A DNA stretch of 64,000 nt from Oscillospiraceae bacterium. GTDB lineage: Bacteria > Bacillota > Clostridia > Oscillospirales > UBA644. Below the pieces are notes generated by a model. It was given only the letters and a program-made list of their open reading frames with translations, had not been told where the DNA came from and did not search any database. Both the position numbers and the translations under genes were made by a program. The DNA lies in NCBI GenBank assembly GCA_902783255.1, contig CACZQB010000061.1, positions 17,859 to 81,858 of the forward strand, in the 5' to 3' direction. Below, one piece after another: positions 1 through 9,356 of the stretch (its first letter is position 1; each line of letters opens with the position of its first letter).

Positions 1-487
1 TCCTGAATCCGAGTTTTTCAAGCAGCGGTCCGTAATAAGGGAAATTATACTGCTCTTCGAATGTTGAATTCTCTTCAAACCCTTCAACAAGCAATCCTTC
101 CCTGTCAAGATCGCTGTATCCAAGAGGACCGCATATCTCCGTCATTCCTCTTGCCTTTCCCCAAGATTGGACCGCGTCAAAAAGCGCCTTTGCAGCATCG
201 GCGTCGTCAATACAGTCAAATCTTGTGAATCGCATCTGGGAAGATCCGTGTTTTATATTGTGCTGTTTCTGAATTAGCCCCTGTATCCTTCCGACGGTTT
301 TTCCGTCTTTTTTTGCAAGCAAAAAAACTGCGCTTGCGTTTTCGTTTTCACCGCCGCTTTTCAGAAGTTTCTTTTCATCTCCGTAAAGAGGCGGAACAAA
401 ATAGGGACAGTTTTTGTAAAGACGGAGCGGAAATTCTATAAATTCCCTTATGTCCTTGCCCGTTTTTACCTCATATACTTCGATCAT
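1..487 (-). CDS. GNAT-like N-acetyltransferase (3' end cut by window edge)
   Basis: My own minus-strand translation from the ATG (complement of 485-487) gives MIEVYEVKTGKDIREFIEFPLRLYKNCPYFVPPLYGDEKKLL... It is missing from the ORF track because it runs off the window. The family call is from memory of similar clostridial GNAT N-termini. Confidence 0.45.
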   Translation of the reverse strand, partial: MIEVYEVKTGKDIREFIEFPLRLYKNCPYFVPPLYGDEKKLLKSGGENENASAVFLLAKKDGKTVGRIQGLIQKQHNIKHGSSQMRFTRFDCIDDADAAKALFDAVQSWGKARGMTEICGPLGYSDLDREGLLVEGFEENSTFEEQYNFPYYGPLLEKLGFR

Positions 488-489
488 TG

Positions 490-1392
490 TCAGCTCTCCA
501 GCGGTTCGTCCTCTCTTCGTAAATACGCAACGCCGTAGCCTGCCAGCCACGGACCGTTGTGGCATCCGCTTACGGGTGACATAATAACGTCCTCGTGGTT
601 TGTTTCAATTCCGTAATTGCCTTCTATTTCGCGAAGTGTTTTTATCATTGACGGACCGGTGTATACATGCCATAAAAGATAGTCTTTCGGGTCACGGTTC
701 CCGATTTTTTCTTTAAGCAGTTCGCATGTGCGCATCAGAGCTTTTTTTGGAGTGCGAACACTTTCAAGAGCAACTATTTCTCCCTCTTCAGAAAAATGAA
801 TGACCGGGCAGATATTAAGCATCTGTCCCATAAACGCTTTGCCGCCTTTCAGACGTCCGTTATAGATAAGATAGTCAAGCTTTCCGTCTATGCCTATAAA
901 TATCTGACGTTTCATCATCCATGCAGTCTCTTTAAGTATCTGTTCCGCAGGCATTCCTTCTGCGGCAAATTTTGCCGCCTTTATCGCAAGAAGTCCTTCT
1001 CCGAAACAAGTTATTTTAGTGTCTACCACATGTATTTTCAGCCTGTCTTCAAATTCTCTTGCAATTAAACAGATCTTGTTGTATGTTCCTCCAAGCGCGG
1101 AGGAAAGCGTGAAAACTATGGATTCGTCATACCCTTCGCTGATCGCTTTTTCGAAGGCCGCGCGGATATCTTCCGTATCGGGCAGCGCCGTTGAGGGCAG
1201 ATGATTCTTGGGGTCTTTTATCGTTTCAAGCTGATTGTAAAAATCAACAGGGTCAAGATCTGTTCCCTCCTTGTATTCTTTGCCGTTAAAAAGAATATGG
1301 ATTCTTATTATCTCTATGCCGAGGTTCCAGTAACGTTCGGGCGCGTATTCAATGCATCCCGTAGATGTGCACATGATCTTGATTTTTGCCAT
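490..1392 (-). CDS. DegV family fatty-acid-binding protein
   Basis: 300-aa ORF with DegV-like length and sequence pattern (KIKIMCTSTG..., GxLxGG-type segment NGRLKGGKAF). Confidence 0.8.
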   Translation of the reverse strand: MAKIKIMCTSTGCIEYAPERYWNLGIEIIRIHILFNGKEYKEGTDLDPVDFYNQLETIKDPKNHLPSTALPDTEDIRAAFEKAISEGYDESIVFTLSSALGGTYNKICLIAREFEDRLKIHVVDTKITCFGEGLLAIKAAKFAAEGMPAEQILKETAWMMKRQIFIGIDGKLDYLIYNGRLKGGKAFMGQMLNICPVIHFSEEGEIVALESVRTPKKALMRTCELLKEKIGNRDPKDYLLWHVYTGPSMIKTLREIEGNYGIETNHEDVIMSPVSGCHNGPWLAGYGVAYLRREDEPLES

Positions 1393-1428
1393 TGTAATGC
1401 TCCTGTTGTTTTTATATTGTTTTATAAT

Positions 1429-1752
1429 TTATTCTTCTGTTTTAAAAAACGAGACCTGAGAACCGTCTTCAATATTTATATATACGGTATCCTCTTCTTC
1501 GTTATACGAACAGAATGTTGCTTTTTTTCCTTTTGTGAGGGTGATAACGATCGTATCTCCATCCATCTTGTATGGATATTCCTTCACTCCGTCAGTTCCT
1601 TCAAAAACTGCTTTCCTTCCGTCAAATGTTATGGAGGCTCCCGTTTCGGGATCAACATATTTCCCCTTCGGACCTCCTGCCGCTCCGCATGCGCAGAGCG
1701 AAAAAACTGCGGCAAAAACGATTATTAAAGCAACGATTTTTTTCATTTTCAT
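1429..1752 (-). CDS. small lipoprotein, unknown function
   Basis: N-terminus MKMKKIVALIIVFAAVFSLCACG reads as a signal peptide with a lipobox cysteine. 107 aa. Confidence 0.6.
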   Translation of the reverse strand: MKMKKIVALIIVFAAVFSLCACGAAGGPKGKYVDPETGASITFDGRKAVFEGTDGVKEYPYKMDGDTIVITLTKGKKATFCSYNEEEDTVYINIEDGSQVSFFKTEE

Positions 1753-1785
1753 GATCTCCTTTTTTGAGGATGTTTTCAGTATGGT

Positions 1786-3408
1786 TTATTCCAGGGCTAT
1801 AAGATAATCATAAATATCCTGACCGCCTTCGATTACCGTCACCTCGCAGTCGGGATAAAGGTCGCTTATTTCGGATTTTAAGTTTTCTGTATCGGATATG
1901 TCTTTGCCTGCAAATACGGTTATCAGTTCCGTGAGCGGGGTGACGGATGATTCAAGCAGCTTTTTCAACGAGTTTTCCGCTGTTTTTTCAACTGCAGCGA
2001 TCACTCCTCCTGCTCTTGCGATATATTCGCCCTTCTTAATCGAAAATCCGTTGATCTCGGCATCTTTTACTGCCATTGCAACATCGCCGTCTACTACATT
2101 TTCCGCTGCGAGAGCAGCGCTTTTCTGGAGCGAGTTGATATCCGTCAGACCCGGAGTCAGAACAGATAAAGCGCTGTAGCCCTGCATAAAGCTTTTGGTT
2201 TCAATAACCCGGATATCCGTATCGTTTATCATAGACGCGGCTTGCCGCGCAACGAGAAAAGAGTTCTTATGGTTTGGCAGCACTATGATTTGTTTACTGC
2301 TGCATTTCTTGAATGCATCGATAAATTCTCCTGCCGAAGGGCTTTCATCTTTTATAACGACATCTGCGCCGAGATTTTCAAAAAGCTTTATCATTCCGTT
2401 TCCCGATGCGGTTGCAACAACCGAATACGGTTTTTCTGTTTTTTTTGAGGGAAAAGCCGTTTCGTCATGACTCAGCATCATGTTTTCAACTTTAACGGTC
2501 AAAAACTCTCCGTAGTCCTGCATTTTCGCGAGTATTCTGCCCGGGAAAAAAGTATGGACATGAACTTTTATAATGTCGTCCTGCTTGTATGCAACGATGC
2601 TTTCGCCGTTGAGATTTTCGAGGTCATTGATAATACAGTTTATATCAAAACTGTCAGGATCGACTTTTGATGTGGTCAGCCTGAGAAGAAATTCGGTGCA
2701 GTATCCGAATTCCAGAACGCTGTTTCTTGTGAATTTTTCTATGTCAACGGCTTCTTCATGCAATTCTCCGTCTGAAACAGCGTGCTCTCTGCCCTCAAGT
2801 ATATCCTGCATTCCTTTTGCAAAATACAGGTATCCTGCTGCTCCCGAATCGACGACATCGGAATCCTTCAGCACTTTAAGAAGATTAGGTGTTTCCGCAA
2901 GGGACTGTTCCGCTTTTTTTATGTGGAGAGAGTAGAAATCCTCTATCGAAGAATGACTGTCTATTTTATCGATCGCGTATTCAACGCTCTCTCTGAAAAC
3001 CGTGAGGATCGTTCCTTCAACAGGGTGAGTTACCGCTGCATAAGATGTTTCAATGCCTTTTGAATACGCTTTTGCCAGATCGGAAGCATTTGCTTTGTCT
3101 ATTCCGGCAAGCCCTTTGCTTATGCCTGCAAATATCTGTGAAAGTATTACGCCCGAATTCCCGCGCGCGCCTAAAAGGGCGCCTTTTGCAAAGAGAGACG
3201 ATACCGTGCATATTTTGCCGTAGGAAATATTACGTTCTATTTCTGCCGTTCCGCCACGAACCGTTTTGAGCATGTTCGATCCGGTATCTCCGTCCGAAAC
3301 AGGAAATACATTCAGCGAATTAAGCTCGCGTTCGTGCGCCGAAAGCAGTGAGACGCCCCCTGAAAGCATTTTCGCAAAAAGTGTTCCGTCTACAGTCTGT
3401 GTGTTCAT
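1786..3408 (-). CDS. DAK2 domain fusion protein (YloV-like)
   Basis: DhaL-type motif FPVSDGDTGSNM lies near the N-terminus, followed by a long C-terminal domain as in YloV. I chose the ATG at 3406-3408 because GGAAGGA sits 8 nt upstream. Confidence 0.8.
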   Translation of the reverse strand: MNTQTVDGTLFAKMLSGGVSLLSAHERELNSLNVFPVSDGDTGSNMLKTVRGGTAEIERNISYGKICTVSSLFAKGALLGARGNSGVILSQIFAGISKGLAGIDKANASDLAKAYSKGIETSYAAVTHPVEGTILTVFRESVEYAIDKIDSHSSIEDFYSLHIKKAEQSLAETPNLLKVLKDSDVVDSGAAGYLYFAKGMQDILEGREHAVSDGELHEEAVDIEKFTRNSVLEFGYCTEFLLRLTTSKVDPDSFDINCIINDLENLNGESIVAYKQDDIIKVHVHTFFPGRILAKMQDYGEFLTVKVENMMLSHDETAFPSKKTEKPYSVVATASGNGMIKLFENLGADVVIKDESPSAGEFIDAFKKCSSKQIIVLPNHKNSFLVARQAASMINDTDIRVIETKSFMQGYSALSVLTPGLTDINSLQKSAALAAENVVDGDVAMAVKDAEINGFSIKKGEYIARAGGVIAAVEKTAENSLKKLLESSVTPLTELITVFAGKDISDTENLKSEISDLYPDCEVTVIEGGQDIYDYLIALE

Positions 3409-3575
3409 AAACATTGTCCTTCCGGACAAAGCTTACGTAATTTACAGCTGATTTCCGCTTTGTCCTCAGTAAAATTCAATCATATTATTATATAACATGA
3501 TTATAAACTGAGAATAAACTTAAAAACAGCGAATTATCTGTGAATTCGTTTTCCTGTCTCGACAGTAACGGACTT

Positions 3576-3914
3576 TCAGCTGTCTTTGTCTGAACCGCAC
3601 TCGTTTTTGCGGTTTTCGGTGTAGTCGGCGCTGTTATCTTCTTCATCTTCGATAGCTTCCAGAATTATGCCGGGATTTCTGTCGCACGCATCCTTGATGA
3701 CAAGAAGCAGTTTTTTTCCATATTCGCCGAGATTGTCAACAATACTCTGAGGTCCTTTTACCGTTACTTTTACCTCGGGCATCGAAGTGAGAACATCAAA
3801 AAGCGCATCAAGATTTTTTCCGTATTTAGCGGGAAAACCCTCCTGCGCGGAAAAAAATTCATGCGCCTGCTGTTTTGTGTGCAGGTCTTTTCCGTCAATA
3901 ATAATTTCTATCAT
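3576..3914 (-). CDS. barstar family ribonuclease inhibitor with acidic C-terminal tail
   Basis: YGKNLDALFDVLTS matches the barstar core YGENLDALWDCLTG. The gene sits immediately downstream of the barnase-like gene. Confidence 0.85.
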   Translation of the reverse strand: MIEIIIDGKDLHTKQQAHEFFSAQEGFPAKYGKNLDALFDVLTSMPEVKVTVKGPQSIVDNLGEYGKKLLLVIKDACDRNPGIILEAIEDEEDNSADYTENRKNECGSDKDS

Positions 3915-3934
3915 AAAAAAAGCCTTTCTCTTGT

Positions 3935-4630
3935 TTATTCTTCACCGTAAAGAAGTGTGAACGATTCGTAATGATCATCCGTGTAGTAAATAAGACCGTC
4001 GTTTGAAAAAACAATACGCTTTTCTCCGCGTGATTTTCCGAGAGTGTCAATGTCGCACTCCGTATATTTTCTGCCTTTTTTCTCTGGCAGCATACCTTCG
4101 TAATTTCCGAAGTAGTCTCCTCCGATGCTTTTGCCTGGGGCATACGGCTCAAGCTTTCCTCCGTCCCAGCCTAGAGCTCTTGCCTCGTTTTTTGTTATAA
4201 AGTTTGAGGGAAGTCTTCCGTATATATGGATGTAGAGCGCGACGTCATCTTTAGATGTGTAAACCCCGTTTTCATCAAGCGTGGGCTCGCTTTGTGATTC
4301 CGCATTCTCCTCGGCGGCGGGCTTATTCTCATCTGCCGTTTCCGTATCGCTCGGTGTATCCGCAGTTCCTGCGGCGTCGGAATTATTCCCGTTTTCCGTT
4401 TCTGTATCGCTCTGTGTATCAGCATTCTCCGCCGAGTCAGGCTTTTGTTCGTTCTCAGCTTCTGTTTCGGGTTCGGATTCATTCGGAAATTCCGCCTGTG
4501 AGGTCTCTTCCTGCAGGATCGTTTCCACGTCATGAAGAATTTCCTCTACATCAATATCCGCGCACGACGTTAAACATGCCGCCGCGATTGCAAAAGACAA
4601 GAGAAGCGCAAATATCCTTTTGAAATTCAT
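3935..4630 (-). CDS. secreted or lipid-anchored barnase-family ribonuclease
   Basis: The C-terminal domain aligns by eye to barnase: LPSNFITKNEARALGW, APGKSIGGDYFGNYEGMLP, YTECDI (catalytic Glu), RGEKRIVF, DDHYESF (catalytic His). The N-terminus has a signal peptide plus lipobox LTSCAD, followed by a ~110-aa acidic low-complexity linker. Confidence 0.9.
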   Translation of the reverse strand: MNFKRIFALLLSFAIAAACLTSCADIDVEEILHDVETILQEETSQAEFPNESEPETEAENEQKPDSAENADTQSDTETENGNNSDAAGTADTPSDTETADENKPAAEENAESQSEPTLDENGVYTSKDDVALYIHIYGRLPSNFITKNEARALGWDGGKLEPYAPGKSIGGDYFGNYEGMLPEKKGRKYTECDIDTLGKSRGEKRIVFSNDGLIYYTDDHYESFTLLYGEE

Positions 4631-4860
4631 TTGATTCCTCCGTTTTTTTTTTACATTATAACATAAATTAACGGGAATTTCAATAGACTGTTATTAAAAT
4701 CGATACTGCTGTATCCCGAGAAAATCCGAAAATATCATTATTTTCCAGGATTTTATAAAAATTATTCATTTTAATAGTGACAAAACAAAAAAAATGTGTT
4801 ATAATATATGTGTAGCAGTATGCAGTCTGCTTATTATGATAATTTATCTGAAAGGAATAT

Positions 4861-5226
4861 ATGATTATGGATGAACAGAACAACGGAAGCATAAAAATCT
4901 CCGAAGACGTGATCGCGACAATTGCTGCAAATGCCGCTCTTGAGATAGACGGCGTTGCAAGCGTGCCGCAAAAACTGCTTCCATCTGCAAAAAACGTTGT
5001 AGGCAATATCAAAAACGTCCGCAGGGGCATCGGTATTATCAGAAGTGAGGAAGGTCTCGAACTTACGGTTCAGATCGTTGTAAAAAACGGTTACAAGATC
5101 CCCGATGTTTCAATTGCGGTTCAAACAAACGTTAAAGATACCGTTGCTAATATGACCGGTATAAACGTGCTTAAAACTAACATCATCGTTGCGGGTGTTA
5201 TTGAAGAGAAAGCGAAAACTGAATAA
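4861..5226 (+). CDS. Asp23/Gls24 family alkaline shock protein
   Basis: IKISEDVIATIAANAALEIDGVASV is typical of the Asp23 family. RBS is GAAAGGA. Confidence 0.8.
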   Translation: MIMDEQNNGSIKISEDVIATIAANAALEIDGVASVPQKLLPSAKNVVGNIKNVRRGIGIIRSEEGLELTVQIVVKNGYKIPDVSIAVQTNVKDTVANMTGINVLKTNIIVAGVIEEKAKTE

Positions 5227-5631
5227 ATGAAACGCACCGAATCTCGTGAAAGCCTGTTTCTTCTCCTTTTTGAAGCCTCATTCAGCGAAAATCCCGATCC
5301 CAAAAAAATCATCGCTCTTTCGGCTGAAAATATGGGACACGAAACGGATGAATATTGTGAAAAGGCATTTTCGGATATTATTGAACATATAGAAGAGATC
5401 GACAACGAAATCAAACCGTTTCTTGTTGCGAGAACTATTGACAGACTTTCAAAAACCGCTCTTGCGGCATTGAGGATCGCGGTTTATGAGATCAATTATT
5501 CGGAAGATGTCCCTTCCTCGGTCGCCATAAACGAAGCGGTTAAACTTGTGAAAAAATATGATGTGGATAATGCTGCGGCTCAGTATATAAACGGAGTTTT
5601 AGGCTCATATGTCAAATGCCGTGAGCAGTGA
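5227..5631 (+). CDS. nusB: transcription antitermination factor NusB
   Basis: 134 aa with a NusB-like sequence (RESLFLLLFE..., ALAALRIAVYEI). Its position before xseA matches the Bacillus nusB-xseAB-ispA context. Confidence 0.85.
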   Translation: MKRTESRESLFLLLFEASFSENPDPKKIIALSAENMGHETDEYCEKAFSDIIEHIEEIDNEIKPFLVARTIDRLSKTALAALRIAVYEINYSEDVPSSVAINEAVKLVKKYDVDNAAAQYINGVLGSYVKCREQ

Positions 5632-6565
5632 ATTCTGCGCGCTCGGTATAGATACGAGCAATTATACCACATCTGCCGCAGCTGTGATGACAGACGGCAC
5701 TTGCAAAAGCGAAAAACAGCTTTTACCTGTTGCACCGGGAACACTCGGACTGAGACAGAGCGATGCTGTTTTTTCTCACGTCAAACAGTTCGCGGAGGTC
5801 TTTTCTCGTCTTGAAATCGCTGAAGCGGATATCCGTGCGATAGGCGTATCGTCACGCCCGAGAAATATTGACGGCAGTTATATGCCGTGTTTTATATACG
5901 GCGTTTCCGTTGCCGAAACTCTCGCGTCGGCGCTCGGCGTTCCTGTATACCGTTTTTCTCATCAGCAGGGGCATATCGCCGCGGCTGTTTTCTCGTCACG
6001 CTGCGAACACCTTCTTTCCGGACCTTTTATGTGCTTTCACGCATCCGGAGGAACAACCGAATTGCTGCGCGTAAACGGAATGGACGATATTACCATAGCC
6101 GCTTCTGCGGGCGATATCAGCGTCGGACAGCTTATAGACAGGACAGGCGTCATGCTCGGTCTTCCGTTTCCGGCGGGACCTGCGCTTGAGAGTCTTTCGG
6201 CAGGCGGGACCCTTCCCGAAAAACCTGTCGTTAAAATCAAAGATGGCAGATGCGCTCTTTCGGGCTTTGAAAACAAGGCAAAAACAATGCTGGAAAAGGG
6301 CGTTGCTCCCGAGAATATCGCTTTTTATATCATCGAAACCGTCGCGCTTACCGTGAAACAACTGTGCGACAATTATAATCCCGATAACCTCCCGGTTCTT
6401 TTTGTAGGCGGAGTTATGTCGAACGAAAGGATAAAAAACATTCTTTCCGGCAACAACAGATTTTTTGCCGAACCGCGCTTTTCATCTGATAATGCTGCGG
6501 GGATAGCATACCTTGCTCTCAACAAATATCTCTCCGCTGCGGATCAATATAACAGAAAGGTATAG
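5609..6565 (+). CDS. Kae1/TsaD-family (glycoprotease, peptidase M22-like) protein
   Basis: ASKHA-type N-terminus LGIDTSNYTTS and an HQQGHIAAA metal motif resembling TsaD HxxGH. The start is ambiguous: ATG 5609 or GTG 5621. Confidence 0.6.
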   Translation: MSNAVSSEFCALGIDTSNYTTSAAAVMTDGTCKSEKQLLPVAPGTLGLRQSDAVFSHVKQFAEVFSRLEIAEADIRAIGVSSRPRNIDGSYMPCFIYGVSVAETLASALGVPVYRFSHQQGHIAAAVFSSRCEHLLSGPFMCFHASGGTTELLRVNGMDDITIAASAGDISVGQLIDRTGVMLGLPFPAGPALESLSAGGTLPEKPVVKIKDGRCALSGFENKAKTMLEKGVAPENIAFYIIETVALTVKQLCDNYNPDNLPVLFVGGVMSNERIKNILSGNNRFFAEPRFSSDNAAGIAYLALNKYLSAADQYNRKV

Positions 6566-6566
6566 T

Positions 6567-7748
6567 ATGCTTAAATCCGCAATTACCGTCTCTCAACTGA
6601 ATTTTTATGTCAGATCCCTGATTGATTCCGATGAGATCCTTCGCTCCGTGCTTGTTCGAGGAGAAATATCCGATTTTTCTCTTTACAGGAAAAGCGGACA
6701 TATGTATTTTACTCTGAAAGACGGACAGTCGTCTGTAAAAGCCGTAATGTTTCGTTCGGACGCAATGAAACTCGCATTTATGCCCGAAGACGGTATGAAT
6801 GTTATTCTTGCTGCGCGCGTTTCAGTTTTTGAGCGAGACGGCGTTTATCAGCTTTATGTTACCGATATAATTCCGGACGGAATCGGGGCTCAGACAGCGG
6901 CATTTTTACAGCTGAAGGAAAAGCTTGAAAAAGAGGGACTTTTCGACGATGCAAAAAAACTCCCTCTCAGCAGATTTCCGATGAAGATCGCGGTTGCAAC
7001 ATCGCCTTCCGGCGCGGCGCTCCAGGATATTTTATCCGTAACCGCAAGAAGGTGGCCGATCGCCGAAATCGAAATATTTCCCTGCGTTGTTCAGGGTGCC
7101 GAATCTGCCGAGAGCGTGATAAGAGCAGTCGAGTATTTCGGTAAGAAAAACGACGCTGATGTAATAATCATCGCAAGGGGAGGCGGGTCGTACGAAGACC
7201 TTTCTTCCTTCAACAATGAGCTTCTTGCGCGCGTTGTTGCGGCATGTCCCATTCCCGTTATAAGCGCAGTCGGGCATGAAACTGATTTTACTATTCTCGA
7301 TTTTGTTTCAGATATGCGTGCTCCGACGCCTTCCGCCGCAGCCGAACTTGCCGTCCCGGATATGAGAGAAATATCGGCATACATTTCGGATTTTCGATAT
7401 ACTTTGAAAAAAGAACTTATTGCCGTTGAAGGAATCAAAAGCTCGGAACTTGAAGCATTAAAGAACAGGCTTAACATAAAGCATTATATCGAAAGCAGGG
7501 AGCTTTTGCTGGACAAGACAGAAACTGCAATGTTTTCTTCTTTTGATGCTTTTTTCGAGAAAAAGAAAAATGCGCTTGCTCTGTCTGTTTCTTCACTCTC
7601 GGCTCTTGACCCTCTTTCGGTCATAAAACGCGGCTATGCCGTTGTTTATAAAAACGGAAAACCGCTTGCTTCGGCAAAAGAAGCGAAGAAAAACGACAGG
7701 CTTTTTATCAAAATGAAGGACGGTGAGATCAACTGTGTCGCAGAATGA
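6567..7748 (+). CDS. xseA: exodeoxyribonuclease VII large subunit
   Basis: Has the OB-fold N-terminus SVSQLNFYVRSLI and the ARGGGS motif. Start ATG 6567 falls just after the upstream stop at 6565. Confidence 0.9.
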   Translation: MLKSAITVSQLNFYVRSLIDSDEILRSVLVRGEISDFSLYRKSGHMYFTLKDGQSSVKAVMFRSDAMKLAFMPEDGMNVILAARVSVFERDGVYQLYVTDIIPDGIGAQTAAFLQLKEKLEKEGLFDDAKKLPLSRFPMKIAVATSPSGAALQDILSVTARRWPIAEIEIFPCVVQGAESAESVIRAVEYFGKKNDADVIIIARGGGSYEDLSSFNNELLARVVAACPIPVISAVGHETDFTILDFVSDMRAPTPSAAAELAVPDMREISAYISDFRYTLKKELIAVEGIKSSELEALKNRLNIKHYIESRELLLDKTETAMFSSFDAFFEKKKNALALSVSSLSALDPLSVIKRGYAVVYKNGKPLASAKEAKKNDRLFIKMKDGEINCVAE

Positions 7749-7941
7749 AATAAAAATGACGTTCGAACAGGCTATGAACAGAATGGAAGAGATAACTGCC
7801 CGTCTTGCCGACGGCAATCTCGGTATAGACGAATCTTTGGCTCTTTACGAGGAAGGTGTGCGTCTTGCTGCTTTTTGCGATGAAAAGCTGAAAGACGTTC
7901 AGAGAAAAATAACAGTTCTTCAGGAAAAAGAAAATGGATAA
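7735..7941 (+). CDS. xseB: exodeoxyribonuclease VII small subunit
   Basis: FEQAMNRMEEITARLADGNLGIDESLALYEEG is typical XseB. The GTG start at 7735 has GGTGAG 7 nt upstream. The ORF track starts at 7723 and ATG 7756 is also possible. Confidence 0.8.
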   Translation: MSQNEIKMTFEQAMNRMEEITARLADGNLGIDESLALYEEGVRLAAFCDEKLKDVQRKITVLQEKENG

Positions 7942-8803
7942 CTTTAAAGATCAACTTGAAATTTACCGTAATGCCGTAAACGATGCTCTTGATAAAGCGA
8001 TCATTGACAACGGAGAAGAGGCTGTGTCTGCCATGAGATACAGTATCTTTGCAGGCGGAAAACGGATACGAGGCGCCCTTGTTCTCGCCTTCTGCGCCTT
8101 GTTCGGAGGAAAAACGGAAGCAGCACTGCCTTTTGCGTGCGCTATTGAAATGATACATACATATTCGCTTATTTATGATGATCTGCCGTGTATGGATAAC
8201 GATACACTGAGAAGAGGAAAACCCACCAATCACGTCGTTTTCGGCGAAAGCACCGCTTTGATGGCGGGAGCGGGACTTTACGCAAGAGCTTTTGAGGTGA
8301 TAACAGAAAACTCCGTTCTTATGGATCATCAAAAACTTGAAGGCATATCAGTTCTTCTTTCGGCATCAGGTCTTAAAGGCATAATCACGGGTCAGATGCT
8401 CGATCTCAAAAACAGACCGGGACTTTCCGAAAATGAGGTCATGCGAATACACGCACTCAAAACCGGGGCTATGATAGAAGCGTCAGCGATACTGGGCTGT
8501 ATTGCCGCAAATGCCGGAAAAGCAGAAAAAGAGAAAGCAAGAAAATATGCCGAAAATATAGGACTTGCATTTCAGATAAAAGACGACATCCTCGATGTCG
8601 AGGGCAGCGTTGAAGAACTCGGAAAAACGATCGGAAAAGATAAAGCCGAAATGAAAACAACGTTTGTTGATATTCTCGGTATTGAAAAATCACAAAATCA
8701 GGTCGATGCTCTTTCTGCCGCAGCAAAAAAGGAAGTTGCCGATATCGAAGGAAGCGGATTTCTTTGCGCGCTTTCCGATTATCTTGCGGGCAGAAGATCG
8801 TAA
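7934..8803 (+). CDS. ispA: polyprenyl (farnesyl/geranylgeranyl) diphosphate synthase
   Basis: First DDxxD-type motif is YDDLPCMDNDTLRRGKPT and the second is KDDILD. Confidence 0.9.
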   Translation: MDNFKDQLEIYRNAVNDALDKAIIDNGEEAVSAMRYSIFAGGKRIRGALVLAFCALFGGKTEAALPFACAIEMIHTYSLIYDDLPCMDNDTLRRGKPTNHVVFGESTALMAGAGLYARAFEVITENSVLMDHQKLEGISVLLSASGLKGIITGQMLDLKNRPGLSENEVMRIHALKTGAMIEASAILGCIAANAGKAEKEKARKYAENIGLAFQIKDDILDVEGSVEELGKTIGKDKAEMKTTFVDILGIEKSQNQVDALSAAAKKEVADIEGSGFLCALSDYLAGRRS

Positions 8804-8820
8804 AATAAAGGACTGACATT

Positions 8821-9276
8821 ATGCCGGAATTTATTAAAATAATATTTTCAAATCATATTCTCAATACAGGTGTTCTTGCCTGGTTTTTTGCTCAGACCAT
8901 AAAGGGTATTATCGCATCTGTTCAAGCCAAAAAGATTCTTATTGACAGGTTTTTCGGCTCCGGCGGAATGCCGTCAAGCCACAGTTCACTTGTTACGTCC
9001 GTTCTTACGATGGTGTTCCTTATCTGTGGGGTCACCTCCGCTGAATTTGCCATTGCTGCGGTTTTCTGGTTCGTTACTACATACGATGCGGCAAACGTTC
9101 GTTATGCAGTCGGCGAACAGGCTAAAATAATCAATCAGATCATCCTTATCGACGAGCGTGTGGAGAGAGAAAAACTGTTTAAGGAACTTATGGGGCATAC
9201 AAAAACGGAAATATTTTTCGGATGTCTTCTCGGACTTGCAATTGCCTTGATTTACTGGACATTATTTATACATTAA
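8821..9276 (+). CDS. divergent PAP2/DUF212 family membrane protein (acid phosphatase/haloperoxidase-related)
   Basis: 151 aa with several TM segments and a GGMPSSHSS motif. Confidence 0.65.
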   Translation: MPEFIKIIFSNHILNTGVLAWFFAQTIKGIIASVQAKKILIDRFFGSGGMPSSHSSLVTSVLTMVFLICGVTSAEFAIAAVFWFVTTYDAANVRYAVGEQAKIINQIILIDERVEREKLFKELMGHTKTEIFFGCLLGLAIALIYWTLFIH

Positions 9277-9321
9277 AGTATTAAATAAAAGTGAAATGTA
9301 TAAGTTTTTATGCAAAACTAC

Positions 9322-9350
9322 TTGAAAAAAGTGAATAAGTATGATATAAT
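9322..9350 (+). promoter_or_regulatory. sigma-A type promoter in front of the large ncRNA
   Basis: TTGAAA (9322-9327), a 17-nt spacer, then TATAAT (9345-9350). Confidence 0.6.
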
Positions 9351-9356
9351 AAAAAA

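Noticed and set aside
4290-4480. An imperfect ~75-bp DNA repeat that at first glance looked like a tandem or CRISPR-like repeat.
   Set aside because: It lies in frame within the barnase-homologue ORF and encodes the acidic linker repeats. There is no spacer-repeat periodicity.
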